Shown: positions 1-10,651 of the stretch, one piece after another
How positions within the stretch are numbered: the stretch's first letter is position 1
How the letters are laid out: the number at the start of each line of letters is the position of its first letter
Source: Calditrichia bacterium
GTDB lineage: Bacteria; Calditrichota; Calditrichia; RBG-13-44-9; J075
Reading direction: 5' to 3'
Assembly (NCBI GenBank): GCA_050633245.1
Contig: JBOEGD010000024.1
Location: 128,001 to 192,000, forward strand
DNA length: 64,000 nucleotides
Notes under the pieces: model-generated
Databases searched by the model: none
The model's input: only the letters and a program-made list of their open reading frames with translations
Told to the model about the DNA's origin: nothing
Made by a program: the position numbers and the translations under genes

Positions 1-2082
1 AGCCGGTGGGTGACAATCGAGCCGCGGACGGCTGAGTCGGTTACCGAAGAGGAACTTCGAAATGAGATCCTTATTCTAATAGGTACACCGGCTGTAAATC
101 CGCTTCTTGCGGCCTTTTTAGAACATTTGCCGGTTCGCTTCATCCCTTCAGCGTTTTTTTTCCAGGAAGAAGAGTTTACCGGTGAGAGCGATGTGCTCAC
201 TATGATTTACCCCAACCCCTACCAATCGTCATTGCCCCTGCAAATAATTACCGGTAATTCAGATACAGCAATTTCCAGCGCATTGAAAGCCAGCAGAAAT
301 CTGTTTCGTCCAAGTGGTGACTATAATGTGTCTCGCGATGGCAAATTGGCGATGATGGGTTTTTTTGAAGTGACTGCCGATGGTTGGGTGCCGGATAAAG
401 CACGTCAGCGCGATTTTCGTCAGGGAGCAGCAGCGTCTGTACGAAATGGTGATATTACGCTGCATCAGCACGGCATGGCCTTGACGGTAGATTCGCTGCA
501 AGTTTTGGGAAAGCACTGCGAGGCAGTGTTACGGCAAGTTGCCGCATTTACCGGAAAGCCGACCGGCGAAATTAACCTTCATCTTTATGCGACCGCCGAG
601 CGTAAGGGATTAATGACTCATAATACGCAACTCTTTCACATTGATCGCTCTTCCGAAAAAGCGGCTCATCTGGTTCATCAGCGTGGGTTGACTGCAGCAG
701 ATGGTGTGGCAGAGGCCACACTTGCTCTACGGACTGCAATGGGCAAGCCGCGCTTTAGCGCGTTACTTGACGGACTGGCATTAAGTTTTAGCAAAGGGTG
801 GGGTAATGGAAGGGGAGTGGCTTTTTGGGCACAGCGCCTGCACGATGCCGGAATGATGCCGGAGCTAAGTGAGTTGGTCAATGGAGCGTTTTATCAAAAG
901 AGTTCGCCATTGGTAATGCCCGTTGCGGCTTTCAGCTTCGTAGCTTTTCTGCGTGCTGAAAAGGGTGATAGCTGGTTGAAAAAAAACTTTGCCGACTGGT
1001 TGCCCGCGGCAGATGAGCTGCTGGTGCTGCAAAGGCAGTGGAAGAGCTATTTGAATTCGCAGTCATCTCATAATAAAAAGACCATTTCGCCAACCAAAGC
1101 CGCCGGAGCCGATCTCAACAGTTTTCATCGTGGATTCTGCTTCGCACATGAAGGCTACTCGATTTATAATGGCTATGGTTCTCAGCTTGCCGATGATGCT
1201 CTTGCCGCAATGGCATCGCTACAAAGCAATGCAACTTCCATAACCCCATTTAGCTATATGAGAAATCCTCAAAAGCCCAGTTTCCTTGATTATTCTGATC
1301 GTGCGGGATCTGAAACGGATGAAAGTGTCATTCATTCGGCGCTTGAAGCACAGCGCCTTGGGATGTCTGTTATGTTGAAGCCGCATATTTGGCTGGGGCG
1401 AGGTAGCTGGCCCGGCGCCATTGAAATGCAAAATGAGGAAGACTGGCAGCGATTTTTTCAGTATTACCGCCGCTGGATGCGTCATTTCGCATTGATGGCC
1501 GAAATGTATGAGATGGAAATGCTATGCGTTGGGGTCGAACTGGGTAAAACGACGCTACAGCGTCCACAAGACTGGCAGCGCTTAATTGCTGAGCTACGTT
1601 TATTGTATCGCGGGAAAATAGTGTACGCCGCAAATTGGGGCGAGGAATTTGAGCAGCTAACCTTTTGGAGCGATCTGGACTACATTGGTCTGAACAGCTA
1701 TTATCCACTAAGTGAAGATCCTGCGGCAAGTGATGAGGTATTGGAAGCAGGAATGAAGAGCATTCTGGAAAAGATAGAGCGTATAGGCAAGCAATACAAC
1801 CGCCCAATTTTGCTCACGGAGATTGGGTTCACGGCAACGCGTTCCAGCTGGCTGCAGCCTCATGAGGTTGCAGGAGGCAAAGAACTTGCACCGGAAGACC
1901 AGCGTCGTGCTTATGCGGCAGTGTTTAATGCGCTGGGTGATAATCCGGCAATTGCCGGTATGTATTGGTGGAAGTGGCCAACCTATTTATCGTATGGAGG
2001 GGTGCGGGATAATGACTTTACCCCAAACGCAAAACCGGCTGAACAGGAAGTCCGGAGCTATTATCGCAAATTTGCGCGTTAG
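1..2082 (+). CDS. 5'-truncated protein with C-terminal glycoside hydrolase family 113-like TIM barrel
   Basis: Frame open from the window start. C-terminal motifs VMLKPHIW, CVGVEL, GKIVYAANW, DYIGLNSYYPL and TEIGF are typical of GH113. Confidence 0.75.
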   Translation, partial: SRWVTIEPRTAESVTEEELRNEILILIGTPAVNPLLAAFLEHLPVRFIPSAFFFQEEEFTGESDVLTMIYPNPYQSSLPLQIITGNSDTAISSALKASRNLFRPSGDYNVSRDGKLAMMGFFEVTADGWVPDKARQRDFRQGAAASVRNGDITLHQHGMALTVDSLQVLGKHCEAVLRQVAAFTGKPTGEINLHLYATAERKGLMTHNTQLFHIDRSSEKAAHLVHQRGLTAADGVAEATLALRTAMGKPRFSALLDGLALSFSKGWGNGRGVAFWAQRLHDAGMMPELSELVNGAFYQKSSPLVMPVAAFSFVAFLRAEKGDSWLKKNFADWLPAADELLVLQRQWKSYLNSQSSHNKKTISPTKAAGADLNSFHRGFCFAHEGYSIYNGYGSQLADDALAAMASLQSNATSITPFSYMRNPQKPSFLDYSDRAGSETDESVIHSALEAQRLGMSVMLKPHIWLGRGSWPGAIEMQNEEDWQRFFQYYRRWMRHFALMAEMYEMEMLCVGVELGKTTLQRPQDWQRLIAELRLLYRGKIVYAANWGEEFEQLTFWSDLDYIGLNSYYPLSEDPAASDEVLEAGMKSILEKIERIGKQYNRPILLTEIGFTATRSSWLQPHEVAGGKELAPEDQRRAYAAVFNALGDNPAIAGMYWWKWPTYLSYGGVRDNDFTPNAKPAEQEVRSYYRKFAR

Positions 2083-2802
2083 TGCGCTATTTTACAATCT
2101 GTTCGTGTTGAACTGAATTTTGAGTGAATCATTCGTTTCTGCACTGCCAAATAGACATGACTTTGGTCACTCGGTATCCCTTCCAACAACCGTTTTACAG
2201 CCTTAAATCCGGCAAAATTTTCTTGCATATTTGTTGTTTTCCAAGTATACTATGCGGTGTCTTATGGCAGAAAAACAAAGCTAACTACTTAAAAAACAAC
2301 ATCAAAAGCGTTTTTTGCCTGAAGCTATACTGCGTCAAAAGGAAATAATTTTCCTACTTTCATAGGAAATTTTGATCTGAAACACATTGGCATGGCAGTA
2401 TTGTTGCGCTGGATAAGTTTATAATAAACAAGGGTTAAAGGTGTTTTTGCCTTGTTTTTAGCACGGTTTTTGTATATCAGTAGGATTATCTAACTAACTT
2501 GCGGAGAGCAATTATCGACCTGATGGATACTGTTTACTACGCATTAACAACGCAAAAAGTTGCGTTGCAATCTACCCAATCATCTTTTTTGATTCCCAAA
2601 CAGTGTGCATTGCATTCTTAAGCTGGATGCGAGTTACTAATCAATTGTTATTATTTAGAATTGATTGAAATTCATTCATGTATAAATAGAGAGACAAATT
2701 AAACAAAAACGTAAACCAGTTGAGGAGGAATCGAATGAGATAACCCCTGGCTGACGTTTGAGCCATCTAATTCACTCTAAGTATAACGGTATGGAGAAAA
2801 AA

Positions 2803-5800
2803 ATGAGTAGAAAACTACTGTTACTATTCATCGTTTTGTCTTTTGCACCGATGGTGCTTTTCGGTCAGTCGACCGGTAAGATTATTGGTGTAATCAAGGA
2901 CAAGGCAAGCGGTGACCCGCTTCCCGGCGTAAACATTGGTCTTGAAGGTACGACCATGGGTGCTGCCTCAGATGCGGACGGGTATTTTGTAATTCTTAAC
3001 GTGCCCGTAGGCGTTTATAACGTTTCCGCTAGTTTTATCGGATACAAAGAAGTAACCCAAACGGGTCTTCGTGTATCTGCATCGATCACGACAGATGTTA
3101 ACTTCACTATGGAAGAAGCAGCTGTTGAAGGTGAAGAAGTTATTATTGTCGGTTCTCGACCGTTGGTAGAGAAAAACGTGACGTCTGGCGTTTCTCTGGT
3201 AACATCGGAAGAGCTGGAGAACATTCCGGTTCGTGGCTTTAATGACATCGTTGCTACGCAGAAGTCCGTTGTTGTTCAGGACAACTTGGTCTATATCCGC
3301 GGTGGTCGTGCTGATGAAGTTGGTTACTATATTGATGGTGCCTCTTCTGTCAACCCGCTGACAAACACACAGTCTATTTATGTAATTCGCGAAGCTGTTG
3401 AAGAATTCCAGGTTCTTGCAGGTGGTTTTACTGCTGAATTTGGTGGTGCTAACGCTGGTATTATTCGTACAGAATTAAAAACCGGTGGAAGCAACTATAG
3501 TTTTTCTGCAGACTTCCAAACAGATAAGTTTGCTGATGAAGGTGAAACGTTCCTTGGAACGAATTCCTTCCGTCATCACAACTTGATTCTCTCCGCCAGT
3601 GGTCCGCTGCTGTCGAATAAAGTGCGCTTTTTTGCCGCTTTTGAGAATGCCTATCAAGGCGACCGTGCCGTTCGTTTTGGCGAAGGTTTTACGTTTACAA
3701 ATCTGACCGACCAAAATCCGAGTGCAGTTGGCACGCCCGAAACGATTGACGAGTATACTTATCCTGATGGTTTTACTCCGCAACGCGAAGAAGAGCAGCT
3801 TGCTTTTCAGAGCACATTGCTTTTTGATCTGTCACCGCTGCAGGTTCGCCTGAGTGGATCCTGGAGTGATCGTTCACGTCAGTTTAACTCTGTATTCTTT
3901 CAGAACCAGGGTGGTTCAAGCCCGGATACTCCGGTGCTGAATCAGTTGAACGATCGTACGTATGACGATACATTCCAGAATCTCTTGCTTTCTGGTAAGC
4001 TTACTTATGTTCTGTCCCCGACCTCGTTGCTCGAAGCGAATTTCAACTACTTCGACTCTAAGCTTGATCGCGAAGACAGCTACTTTGGTAACGACTGGCG
4101 CAAGTGGAATGATAGTACTGCCGTTGCTCAACACACCGGTGGAGAAGTAACGTATGCTTCTCGCTACCGTGCGCAGCCTAACTACCTGTTCAATGGTATT
4201 TATTTTGCACGTAACGGTGCACCTACTTCAGCTTACCGTGTTCAGGATCAGCAGTATATTGGTGGAGCGATTAACTTCCTTACACAGGCTGGCCGTCACC
4301 ACGAGCTGAAAATTGGTGGAGACGTTCGAATGTATAAGCTGCGTCGTTTTGCCGTTGCTACCCGAGCTATCAGTCAGCTTGATGTAGATCAAACTGCCGG
4401 TACTATTGAAAATCTGGACCCGAATGCTTGGGTTAATGCTTCTGCTGTTAATAACTACGGTTATGACATCTTTGGCAACGAGTCTGACTCTGATGAATTC
4501 ACAGCAAGTGGTTTTCAGACTTCTCAGGCACCGAATGAGCCGGTATTTGGCGCATTCTTTATTCAGGACAAGATTGAGTACAATGACCTGATTATTAATG
4601 CTGGTCTGCGTCTCGATTATTTTGACAGCAAAAGCCGCACACTAGTAGACGAGTTAGACCCTGCATTCGATCCGGTACAGCGTATCTTTGATGAAGATGC
4701 TGCCTGGCAGGATAAAGACGCCGCCGTTCAGGTTAGTCCGCGTCTTGGTTTCTCTTTCCCGGTTAGCGAGCGCACGGTATTCTATGCCAACTATGGCAAG
4801 TTCCTTCAGATGCCGGAACTCGAAACTATGTATGCTGGTGTTCATATTTTCAACGATGCTATTTTGGTCGGTGGAACTTCAAATCAGAACCCGGTTGGTT
4901 ATGGTTTGGACCCAATTAAGACGACCTCTTATGAAATCGGTTTCCGTCAGCAGCTTGGTAATGTAGCTGCGTTGGATATCGGTGGTTTTTATCGCAATGT
5001 TAAAGGACAAATTCAGGTTGATAAGATTTTCCCGACCAACTCTGCATTGGGTCCATTTAACGTCCTTACAAATGGCGACTTTGCCACGACAAAGGGTGTT
5101 GAGCTGGGAATTACATTGCGTCGCGTCAACCGTCTGCAAGGGCAGTTCAACTATACGCTCAGTTCCGCACAGGGTACTAACTCTACACGTAACTCTGACG
5201 TAGCTGTTCTTGAGCTGAACTCAACGAACCGTCCGTCTACGATTAGCCCGCTGGACTTTAATCAGGTTCACCGTGGGTCGATTATTATGGATTACCGTTG
5301 GGGCCGTGATGAAGGTGGTCCGCTACTGTCTAACCTTGGTGTTAATGGTTTGTTTACTTTCAATAGTGGACACGCTTATACATATACCGAGTCTAAAGTT
5401 GGTCAGGCCAGCGCCTATGATTCCGGTGTTGACTACATGAACGATACACGTTCACGTCGTGCTCTCGAGCCGATTGGTGCTTCAACCACGCCTTTTAACT
5501 TCAACTTCGATCTTCAGTTGGATAAAGCGATCAACGTTATCTCCAGCGTAGAGACGAAGCTGTATATGCGTGTAAACAACCTGTTTAATACGAAAAACGT
5601 AATTAACGTATTTAACAACACAGGTTCTGCTACAGATGATGGTTTTATTCAGCCAATTGATCAAGCAGCTTCTGAATCTCGTCAAGCTTATGTAAATGCT
5701 TTTGGTGAAGAGTATATCAACACCTACAATGCTGTTAATATTGACAATGGTCAGGCATACTGGGACGTTTTGGGTCTTCAGCTTTTTGATAGCCCGCGTC

Positions 5801-5832
5801 AGATTTTCTTCGGTATAAAGCTTAGCTACTAA
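2803..5832 (+). CDS. TonB-dependent receptor with N-terminal carboxypeptidase-regulatory-like domain
   Basis: GGAG 2793-2796 before ATG 2803; signal peptide; GKIIGVIKD...PLPGVNI; plug motif IRGGRADEVGYYIDG, GGFTAEFG; SPRLGFSFP; C-terminal PRQIFFGIKLSY. Confidence 0.9.
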   Translation: MSRKLLLLFIVLSFAPMVLFGQSTGKIIGVIKDKASGDPLPGVNIGLEGTTMGAASDADGYFVILNVPVGVYNVSASFIGYKEVTQTGLRVSASITTDVNFTMEEAAVEGEEVIIVGSRPLVEKNVTSGVSLVTSEELENIPVRGFNDIVATQKSVVVQDNLVYIRGGRADEVGYYIDGASSVNPLTNTQSIYVIREAVEEFQVLAGGFTAEFGGANAGIIRTELKTGGSNYSFSADFQTDKFADEGETFLGTNSFRHHNLILSASGPLLSNKVRFFAAFENAYQGDRAVRFGEGFTFTNLTDQNPSAVGTPETIDEYTYPDGFTPQREEEQLAFQSTLLFDLSPLQVRLSGSWSDRSRQFNSVFFQNQGGSSPDTPVLNQLNDRTYDDTFQNLLLSGKLTYVLSPTSLLEANFNYFDSKLDREDSYFGNDWRKWNDSTAVAQHTGGEVTYASRYRAQPNYLFNGIYFARNGAPTSAYRVQDQQYIGGAINFLTQAGRHHELKIGGDVRMYKLRRFAVATRAISQLDVDQTAGTIENLDPNAWVNASAVNNYGYDIFGNESDSDEFTASGFQTSQAPNEPVFGAFFIQDKIEYNDLIINAGLRLDYFDSKSRTLVDELDPAFDPVQRIFDEDAAWQDKDAAVQVSPRLGFSFPVSERTVFYANYGKFLQMPELETMYAGVHIFNDAILVGGTSNQNPVGYGLDPIKTTSYEIGFRQQLGNVAALDIGGFYRNVKGQIQVDKIFPTNSALGPFNVLTNGDFATTKGVELGITLRRVNRLQGQFNYTLSSAQGTNSTRNSDVAVLELNSTNRPSTISPLDFNQVHRGSIIMDYRWGRDEGGPLLSNLGVNGLFTFNSGHAYTYTESKVGQASAYDSGVDYMNDTRSRRALEPIGASTTPFNFNFDLQLDKAINVISSVETKLYMRVNNLFNTKNVINVFNNTGSATDDGFIQPIDQAASESRQAYVNAFGEEYINTYNAVNIDNGQAYWDVLGLQLFDSPRQIFFGIKLSY

Positions 5833-5871
5833 AAGCATTGGTGATTTAGAACTTAATGCAAGGAGTAATAA

Positions 5872-8800
5872 ATGTTAAACAAATATGCTGCAATTATCGC
5901 CGGGATCATGCTGATTCTGTCCGGTATGCTGTTTGCCAAGGGACCGGAAGGTTCTAAAAGCCAGCAATACAACAAGGGACAGGACGTTCGTGCCAGAACG
6001 CTGATCACGGTTAACAACTGGGAATACTGGCTGCGTAATGACGGTCAGTCCGCCCACACGCCTGATGGAAACTCAGGTGGTATTTATCCTGGTGGAACGG
6101 CTTCTACAATCTATCAGGACGGTATTGTCTGGGGTGCTCGTGTAAATGATAACGATCCTTCCAAGCCGGAAATCCGCGTTGGTGGACAAACCTACAACGT
6201 TGGAACAACTGCCGGGTATGTTGTATCACCCGGACCGAATCCTACACCATCTGAGACTCAGCCTATCTGGCGTATTCGCAGCGATTGGCGTACATTTTTT
6301 GATGGTGCTGACGGAACCGGGGCTCCTGTAATGGGCATTCCTTCAGTTATTTCCGAAGCTTCCGCTCGTTTTCAGGTATCTCCTACAGCTGTATCGGAAG
6401 ACCAGCAGACCGAGATTATCGAGCAGTATAGAACTGACTGGCAAACCTGGCCTACTACATTAGGTGCCCCGTTTTATGATGTGAACGGAAATGGTGCTTA
6501 TGACGAAGGTCTTCAGGAAGATCTGAACGGTAACGGAATTTTTGATCTTGGTGAAACTGAAGAACCTGGTATTGCCAATGCCGATCAGATTATCTGGTAT
6601 GTAAACCATGACCTTGACGAAGGAACTACGGTTTCTCTTTATGGTTCACCTCCGATTGGTCTTGAAATTCGTAATACCATCTGGGCTTATAATCAGCCGG
6701 GTGCCACGCTTGGACAGCTTCTGTTTAAGCAGTATACCCTTATCAACAAGTCTGGATTTCTATTAGACTCTATGTATCTGGCTCAATGGTCCGATCCGGA
6801 CGTTGGTACATTTGGTGATGACCTTGTTGGTTCAGACAGTGTTCGTAGTCTTGGTTTTGCATATTCAGGCTTCTTAACAGATAGTGATTTTGACGCCTTC
6901 GGTCTGCCGCCAGCAGCTGGTGGGTATGACTTCTTCCAGGGACCTCTGGTTGATGGTGTTGCCGGTGAAGACCGCAACCGCAATGGTGTTGACGATGCTG
7001 ATGATTTTGGTATCTTCGACCTTCAGCGTGTAGGCCCGGGTAAAATTAACCTGCCGCAGCTTTCATTTGGTTACTTTGCTGCCGGTAGTGCAATTAGTGA
7101 TCCTGGTCCGTTCGGTGACTATGAAGCGACTGAAGAGTGGTATAATCTTCTGAACGGTTTCTTGCCGAATGACTTCTCTACTCCTTCTGCACCTTTCCTC
7201 GTTGGCTTCGGCCCGCGTCGTGGACAGGCTACAAGATTCCCTGCAGGTGGCGACCCGGTTTCACAAACGGGTGATATTGACGCATTTGGTGACAACCTTG
7301 CACCTGGTGACCGTCGTTTATCCATGTCTGCCGGTCCTTTCGAAATGCAGCCTGGTGATGTGCAGCAGATGACTGTTGCTCTTATCGGTGGTATTGTTAC
7401 CGAAGTTGGTGGAAACAACCGTAATGCCGTTGCTCAGCTTAAGCTGAATGACGACTTTGCTCAGTTTGTTTTCGACAACCTGTTCCAGGGAATTCCGTCA
7501 CCTCCGGCAGATCCGGTTGTAACGGCTGTTCCGTTTGAAAACAGTATTATGCTGGACTTTGGTTCGAATGCTGAGGCTGTAACTGCTACTGAAGCACCGG
7601 ATGCGTTGCTTGGTTTTGACTTCGAAGGCTATAATATTTATCAGCTTCCGACAGCTACATCTACTAAAAGCCAGGCTACCAAAGTTGCTACTATCGACGT
7701 AAACAATACAATTAGCAGCATCAATGCAGCTCAATTTGTGCCGAGTTTTGGTGACATTGTAACCGTTCCGGTTCAGGTTGGTACCAACACTGGTATTAAG
7801 CGCTTTTTCGTAATTGAGCGTGACTATATCAATGGTACACCGCTGTATGCCGGTAATGAGTATTACTTTGCTGTTACTGCTTATAATGCAAAAGATACTA
7901 ACAAAGATGGTCTTGTTGATACAGACGTTCCGGAGCCTTCTCTGGAAAGTGGTATTAACCTGATTACGGTTGTTCCTCAAGGCGATAAGCCGGGTGAGCG
8001 TCGTGCTGTTGCCGGTAGCTTTGCTGATATCGATGTTAGCAGTGTTGCATCGGATGGTGCTATTTCGGTTCAAATTATCGACCCGACCGCACTTACCGGT
8101 GACACCTATGCTATTAGTTTCTTTACTCAGACTGATACGACTTCACCGAATTCTGGTGCAGATGTATGGCAGATGACGAATGAGACGAAAGGTGAAGTTG
8201 TAATCACCGATCAACCTCAGCTTGCCTCTCTTGTTGGAAACGATGACCTGCCGTTCTATGACGGTTTTCAGTTGAAGGTCTCTGGTCCTCCGACTGGTAT
8301 CAACACTACTGCACCGGGCCCGTTTGGCGACATTCCTGCTGACAACAATGGCTGGAACTGGACGAACGGTGACCGCTGGATCTCCGGTACTAACTGGGGT
8401 GGCGTTGCACTATTTGGTGGAATGCACAATGGTACGGAATTCTTTGGAAGTACTATTACTGCTGGTGCAGACTTCGATGATGTTGAACTGCGCTGGGCTG
8501 GTGCTGACCAAGCTACTCAGCCTGATCGCTGGCAGGAAGCTTATGCATACGAGCGTAGCAATGGCTATGCCTTAACCGGAATTGGTTCTGTGCCGTTTAC
8601 TGCATGGAATACCGAGACGGGCGAGCAGCTTACTGTAGCCTTCGTAGAAGATGCAGGCGCTGGTAGCGTAAACAGTCAGTGGGACATGGGCTGGGACGGA
8701 TCTGCTTTCCCTGCACTTGGTGGACGTGAGTATATCTTTATTATGTCTGATCCTTATGGAACAGGCCCATCTGTAACAGATCCATTGTATTCACAGACTG

Positions 8801-9300
8801 GTATTCTGTTTGGTGGCGTTCCGTGCCTGTATGCCATCTGGCCGGCATCCCGTGGAAGCCGTCCGTATCTGCATGAGTCTTTTGACCTGCAGGTTATTGC
8901 TTCTAACGTGAATACAGATGCTGACGTATTCCGCTTCACTACATCAGCTATTACCTTTAGCGAAGAGACCGCTCGTAGAGATCTCGATCTGGTTAATGTA
9001 TTCCCGAATCCTTATTATGCTTACAATCCGGAAGAAACCTCACGTTTCAACCGTTTCGTAACCTTTACGCACTTGCCGCAAGAAGCTGTTGTTCGCATCT
9101 TTTCGATTGCAGGTACTCAGGTTCGTAAGCTGGATAAAAATGACGATTCACAGTTCCTCCAGTGGGATCTGCGTAATCAGGCTAACCTGCCAGTGGCAAG
9201 TGGCTTCTACGTAGCTCACATTGAACTGCCGAGTCTGAATGCTGAGAAAACAGTCAAGCTGTTTATCGTACAGGGTGACGAAATCCTGGATGCCTTCTAA
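5872..9300 (+). CDS. Large secreted acidic protein with FPNPY-type C-terminal sorting-like domain
   Basis: AAGGAG RBS; signal peptide; repeated DxNxNG/DxNxDG Ca-binding-like loops; FnIII-like FEGYNIY...YYFAVTAY; C-terminal VFPNPY...VRIFSIAG...WDLRN...VASGFY. Confidence 0.8.
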   Translation: MLNKYAAIIAGIMLILSGMLFAKGPEGSKSQQYNKGQDVRARTLITVNNWEYWLRNDGQSAHTPDGNSGGIYPGGTASTIYQDGIVWGARVNDNDPSKPEIRVGGQTYNVGTTAGYVVSPGPNPTPSETQPIWRIRSDWRTFFDGADGTGAPVMGIPSVISEASARFQVSPTAVSEDQQTEIIEQYRTDWQTWPTTLGAPFYDVNGNGAYDEGLQEDLNGNGIFDLGETEEPGIANADQIIWYVNHDLDEGTTVSLYGSPPIGLEIRNTIWAYNQPGATLGQLLFKQYTLINKSGFLLDSMYLAQWSDPDVGTFGDDLVGSDSVRSLGFAYSGFLTDSDFDAFGLPPAAGGYDFFQGPLVDGVAGEDRNRNGVDDADDFGIFDLQRVGPGKINLPQLSFGYFAAGSAISDPGPFGDYEATEEWYNLLNGFLPNDFSTPSAPFLVGFGPRRGQATRFPAGGDPVSQTGDIDAFGDNLAPGDRRLSMSAGPFEMQPGDVQQMTVALIGGIVTEVGGNNRNAVAQLKLNDDFAQFVFDNLFQGIPSPPADPVVTAVPFENSIMLDFGSNAEAVTATEAPDALLGFDFEGYNIYQLPTATSTKSQATKVATIDVNNTISSINAAQFVPSFGDIVTVPVQVGTNTGIKRFFVIERDYINGTPLYAGNEYYFAVTAYNAKDTNKDGLVDTDVPEPSLESGINLITVVPQGDKPGERRAVAGSFADIDVSSVASDGAISVQIIDPTALTGDTYAISFFTQTDTTSPNSGADVWQMTNETKGEVVITDQPQLASLVGNDDLPFYDGFQLKVSGPPTGINTTAPGPFGDIPADNNGWNWTNGDRWISGTNWGGVALFGGMHNGTEFFGSTITAGADFDDVELRWAGADQATQPDRWQEAYAYERSNGYALTGIGSVPFTAWNTETGEQLTVAFVEDAGAGSVNSQWDMGWDGSAFPALGGREYIFIMSDPYGTGPSVTDPLYSQTGILFGGVPCLYAIWPASRGSRPYLHESFDLQVIASNVNTDADVFRFTTSAITFSEETARRDLDLVNVFPNPYYAYNPEETSRFNRFVTFTHLPQEAVVRIFSIAGTQVRKLDKNDDSQFLQWDLRNQANLPVASGFYVAHIELPSLNAEKTVKLFIVQGDEILDAF

Positions 9301-9365
9301 GCATGGTTGATTTAAGATTTATCAATCTTTTGGAAGGAAACGTGAGACAAAATAAGGAGTATGTA

Positions 9366-10406
9366 ATGAAACATAAAAGATTAATTGGGACTTTGGCACT
9401 AATCGCCATCACTGTCCTGTTCGGCATAATGCCTGTTCAGGCCGGTGACCCAGCTCGTACAGGTACCGCTGCCGGTGAGCAGCTGCTTGTGCCGGTAGGT
9501 GCACGCGGTTTCGCCATGGGCGGTTCCGACGTTGCGTTTACCAACGGGATCGATGCTCTGTACTGGAACCCGGCTGGATTTGGTAAAATGCAGCGCGACG
9601 CTGTTGGTACCTTCTCCACCATGCAGGTTTTTAACGATATTAACGTTAATTACTTGGCTATTGGTATAAAGGCTGGCAATCTGGGTAATCTCGCTTTTAG
9701 CCTAAAGGCTTTTGATTTTGGCGATATCCCGGTAACCACCAATAATGACCTTGATGGAAGCTCTGGCGCTACATTCTCGCCTACTTACATCACTGGTGCA
9801 CTTACCTTTGCTCGTCAGCTTACCGATGGTATCTCCTTTGGTTTGACTGGTAAGGTGATCTCGGAAAGCGTGCCGCGTGCAAGCGCAAGCGCTGTTGCTT
9901 TCGATATCGGTGTTCAGTATGCTGGTCTTGGTGGCATCAATGGTCTTGCTCTTGGTGTGTCTGTGAAGAACATCGGAACCAATATGCAGTATTCTGGTTC
10001 CGCGTTTACCATTCGCGCAACGGACCAGGGTTCATCCTCTGCTGATTTCCGTAATCGTCCGACGGCAACTCATGAGCTGCCATCTACGATTCAGATCGGT
10101 CTTGGATATGCTTACAATGTAAACGAAGAGAATACCTTGATGCTGAACGGTAACTTCGAAAACCAAAACTTTGGTGACGATCAGTTCCTGCTAGGTGTTG
10201 AGTATTCTTATGACAGCCTGTTTATGCTACGTGGTGGCTATCGTCTGGTCGATAATGTCGATCCTGACAATCAGCTTTACACTTGGACAATGGGTGTTGG
10301 TCTGAACTATGACTTTGGTGGAACCAATCTCATGTTCGACTATGGATTCCGTGATTCTCAGTATTTCGACGGCAACAATCTGTTTCAGTTGACTGTTGGA
10401 TTCTAA
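9366..10406 (+). CDS. PorV/PorQ-family (UPF0164-like) outer membrane beta-barrel
   Basis: TAAGGAG RBS before ATG 9366; motifs LLVPVGARGFAMGG, ALYWNPAG, AFDIGVQY, VKNIG; C-terminal Phe. Confidence 0.85.
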   Translation: MKHKRLIGTLALIAITVLFGIMPVQAGDPARTGTAAGEQLLVPVGARGFAMGGSDVAFTNGIDALYWNPAGFGKMQRDAVGTFSTMQVFNDINVNYLAIGIKAGNLGNLAFSLKAFDFGDIPVTTNNDLDGSSGATFSPTYITGALTFARQLTDGISFGLTGKVISESVPRASASAVAFDIGVQYAGLGGINGLALGVSVKNIGTNMQYSGSAFTIRATDQGSSSADFRNRPTATHELPSTIQIGLGYAYNVNEENTLMLNGNFENQNFGDDQFLLGVEYSYDSLFMLRGGYRLVDNVDPDNQLYTWTMGVGLNYDFGGTNLMFDYGFRDSQYFDGNNLFQLTVGF

Positions 10407-10426
10407 GGAAGTCCACATATCTTTCC

Positions 10427-10468
10427 AGAAAGGCCGTTCCGATTTTTCGGGACGGCCTTTCTCTTTTT
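10427..10468 (+). terminator. Rho-independent terminator
   Basis: AGAAAGGCCGTTCCGA/TCGGGACGGCCTTTCT stem followed by a T-rich tract. Confidence 0.85.
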
Positions 10469-10651
10469 ATAGAGACGTTTGAAATTTTCCCCAATGTTCG
10501 TACATTCCATTGCGTGGTTACCATAAAAAACCAAAGCCTTCCCTAGTCATTGGGGAATAACCTGTTATATTGCACTTTTTATGAAACATTCTTTCATCTA
10601 AAGGATTAAAGATGCATTGGTATTACGGGTTCACATATTAAAGGAAAATCT

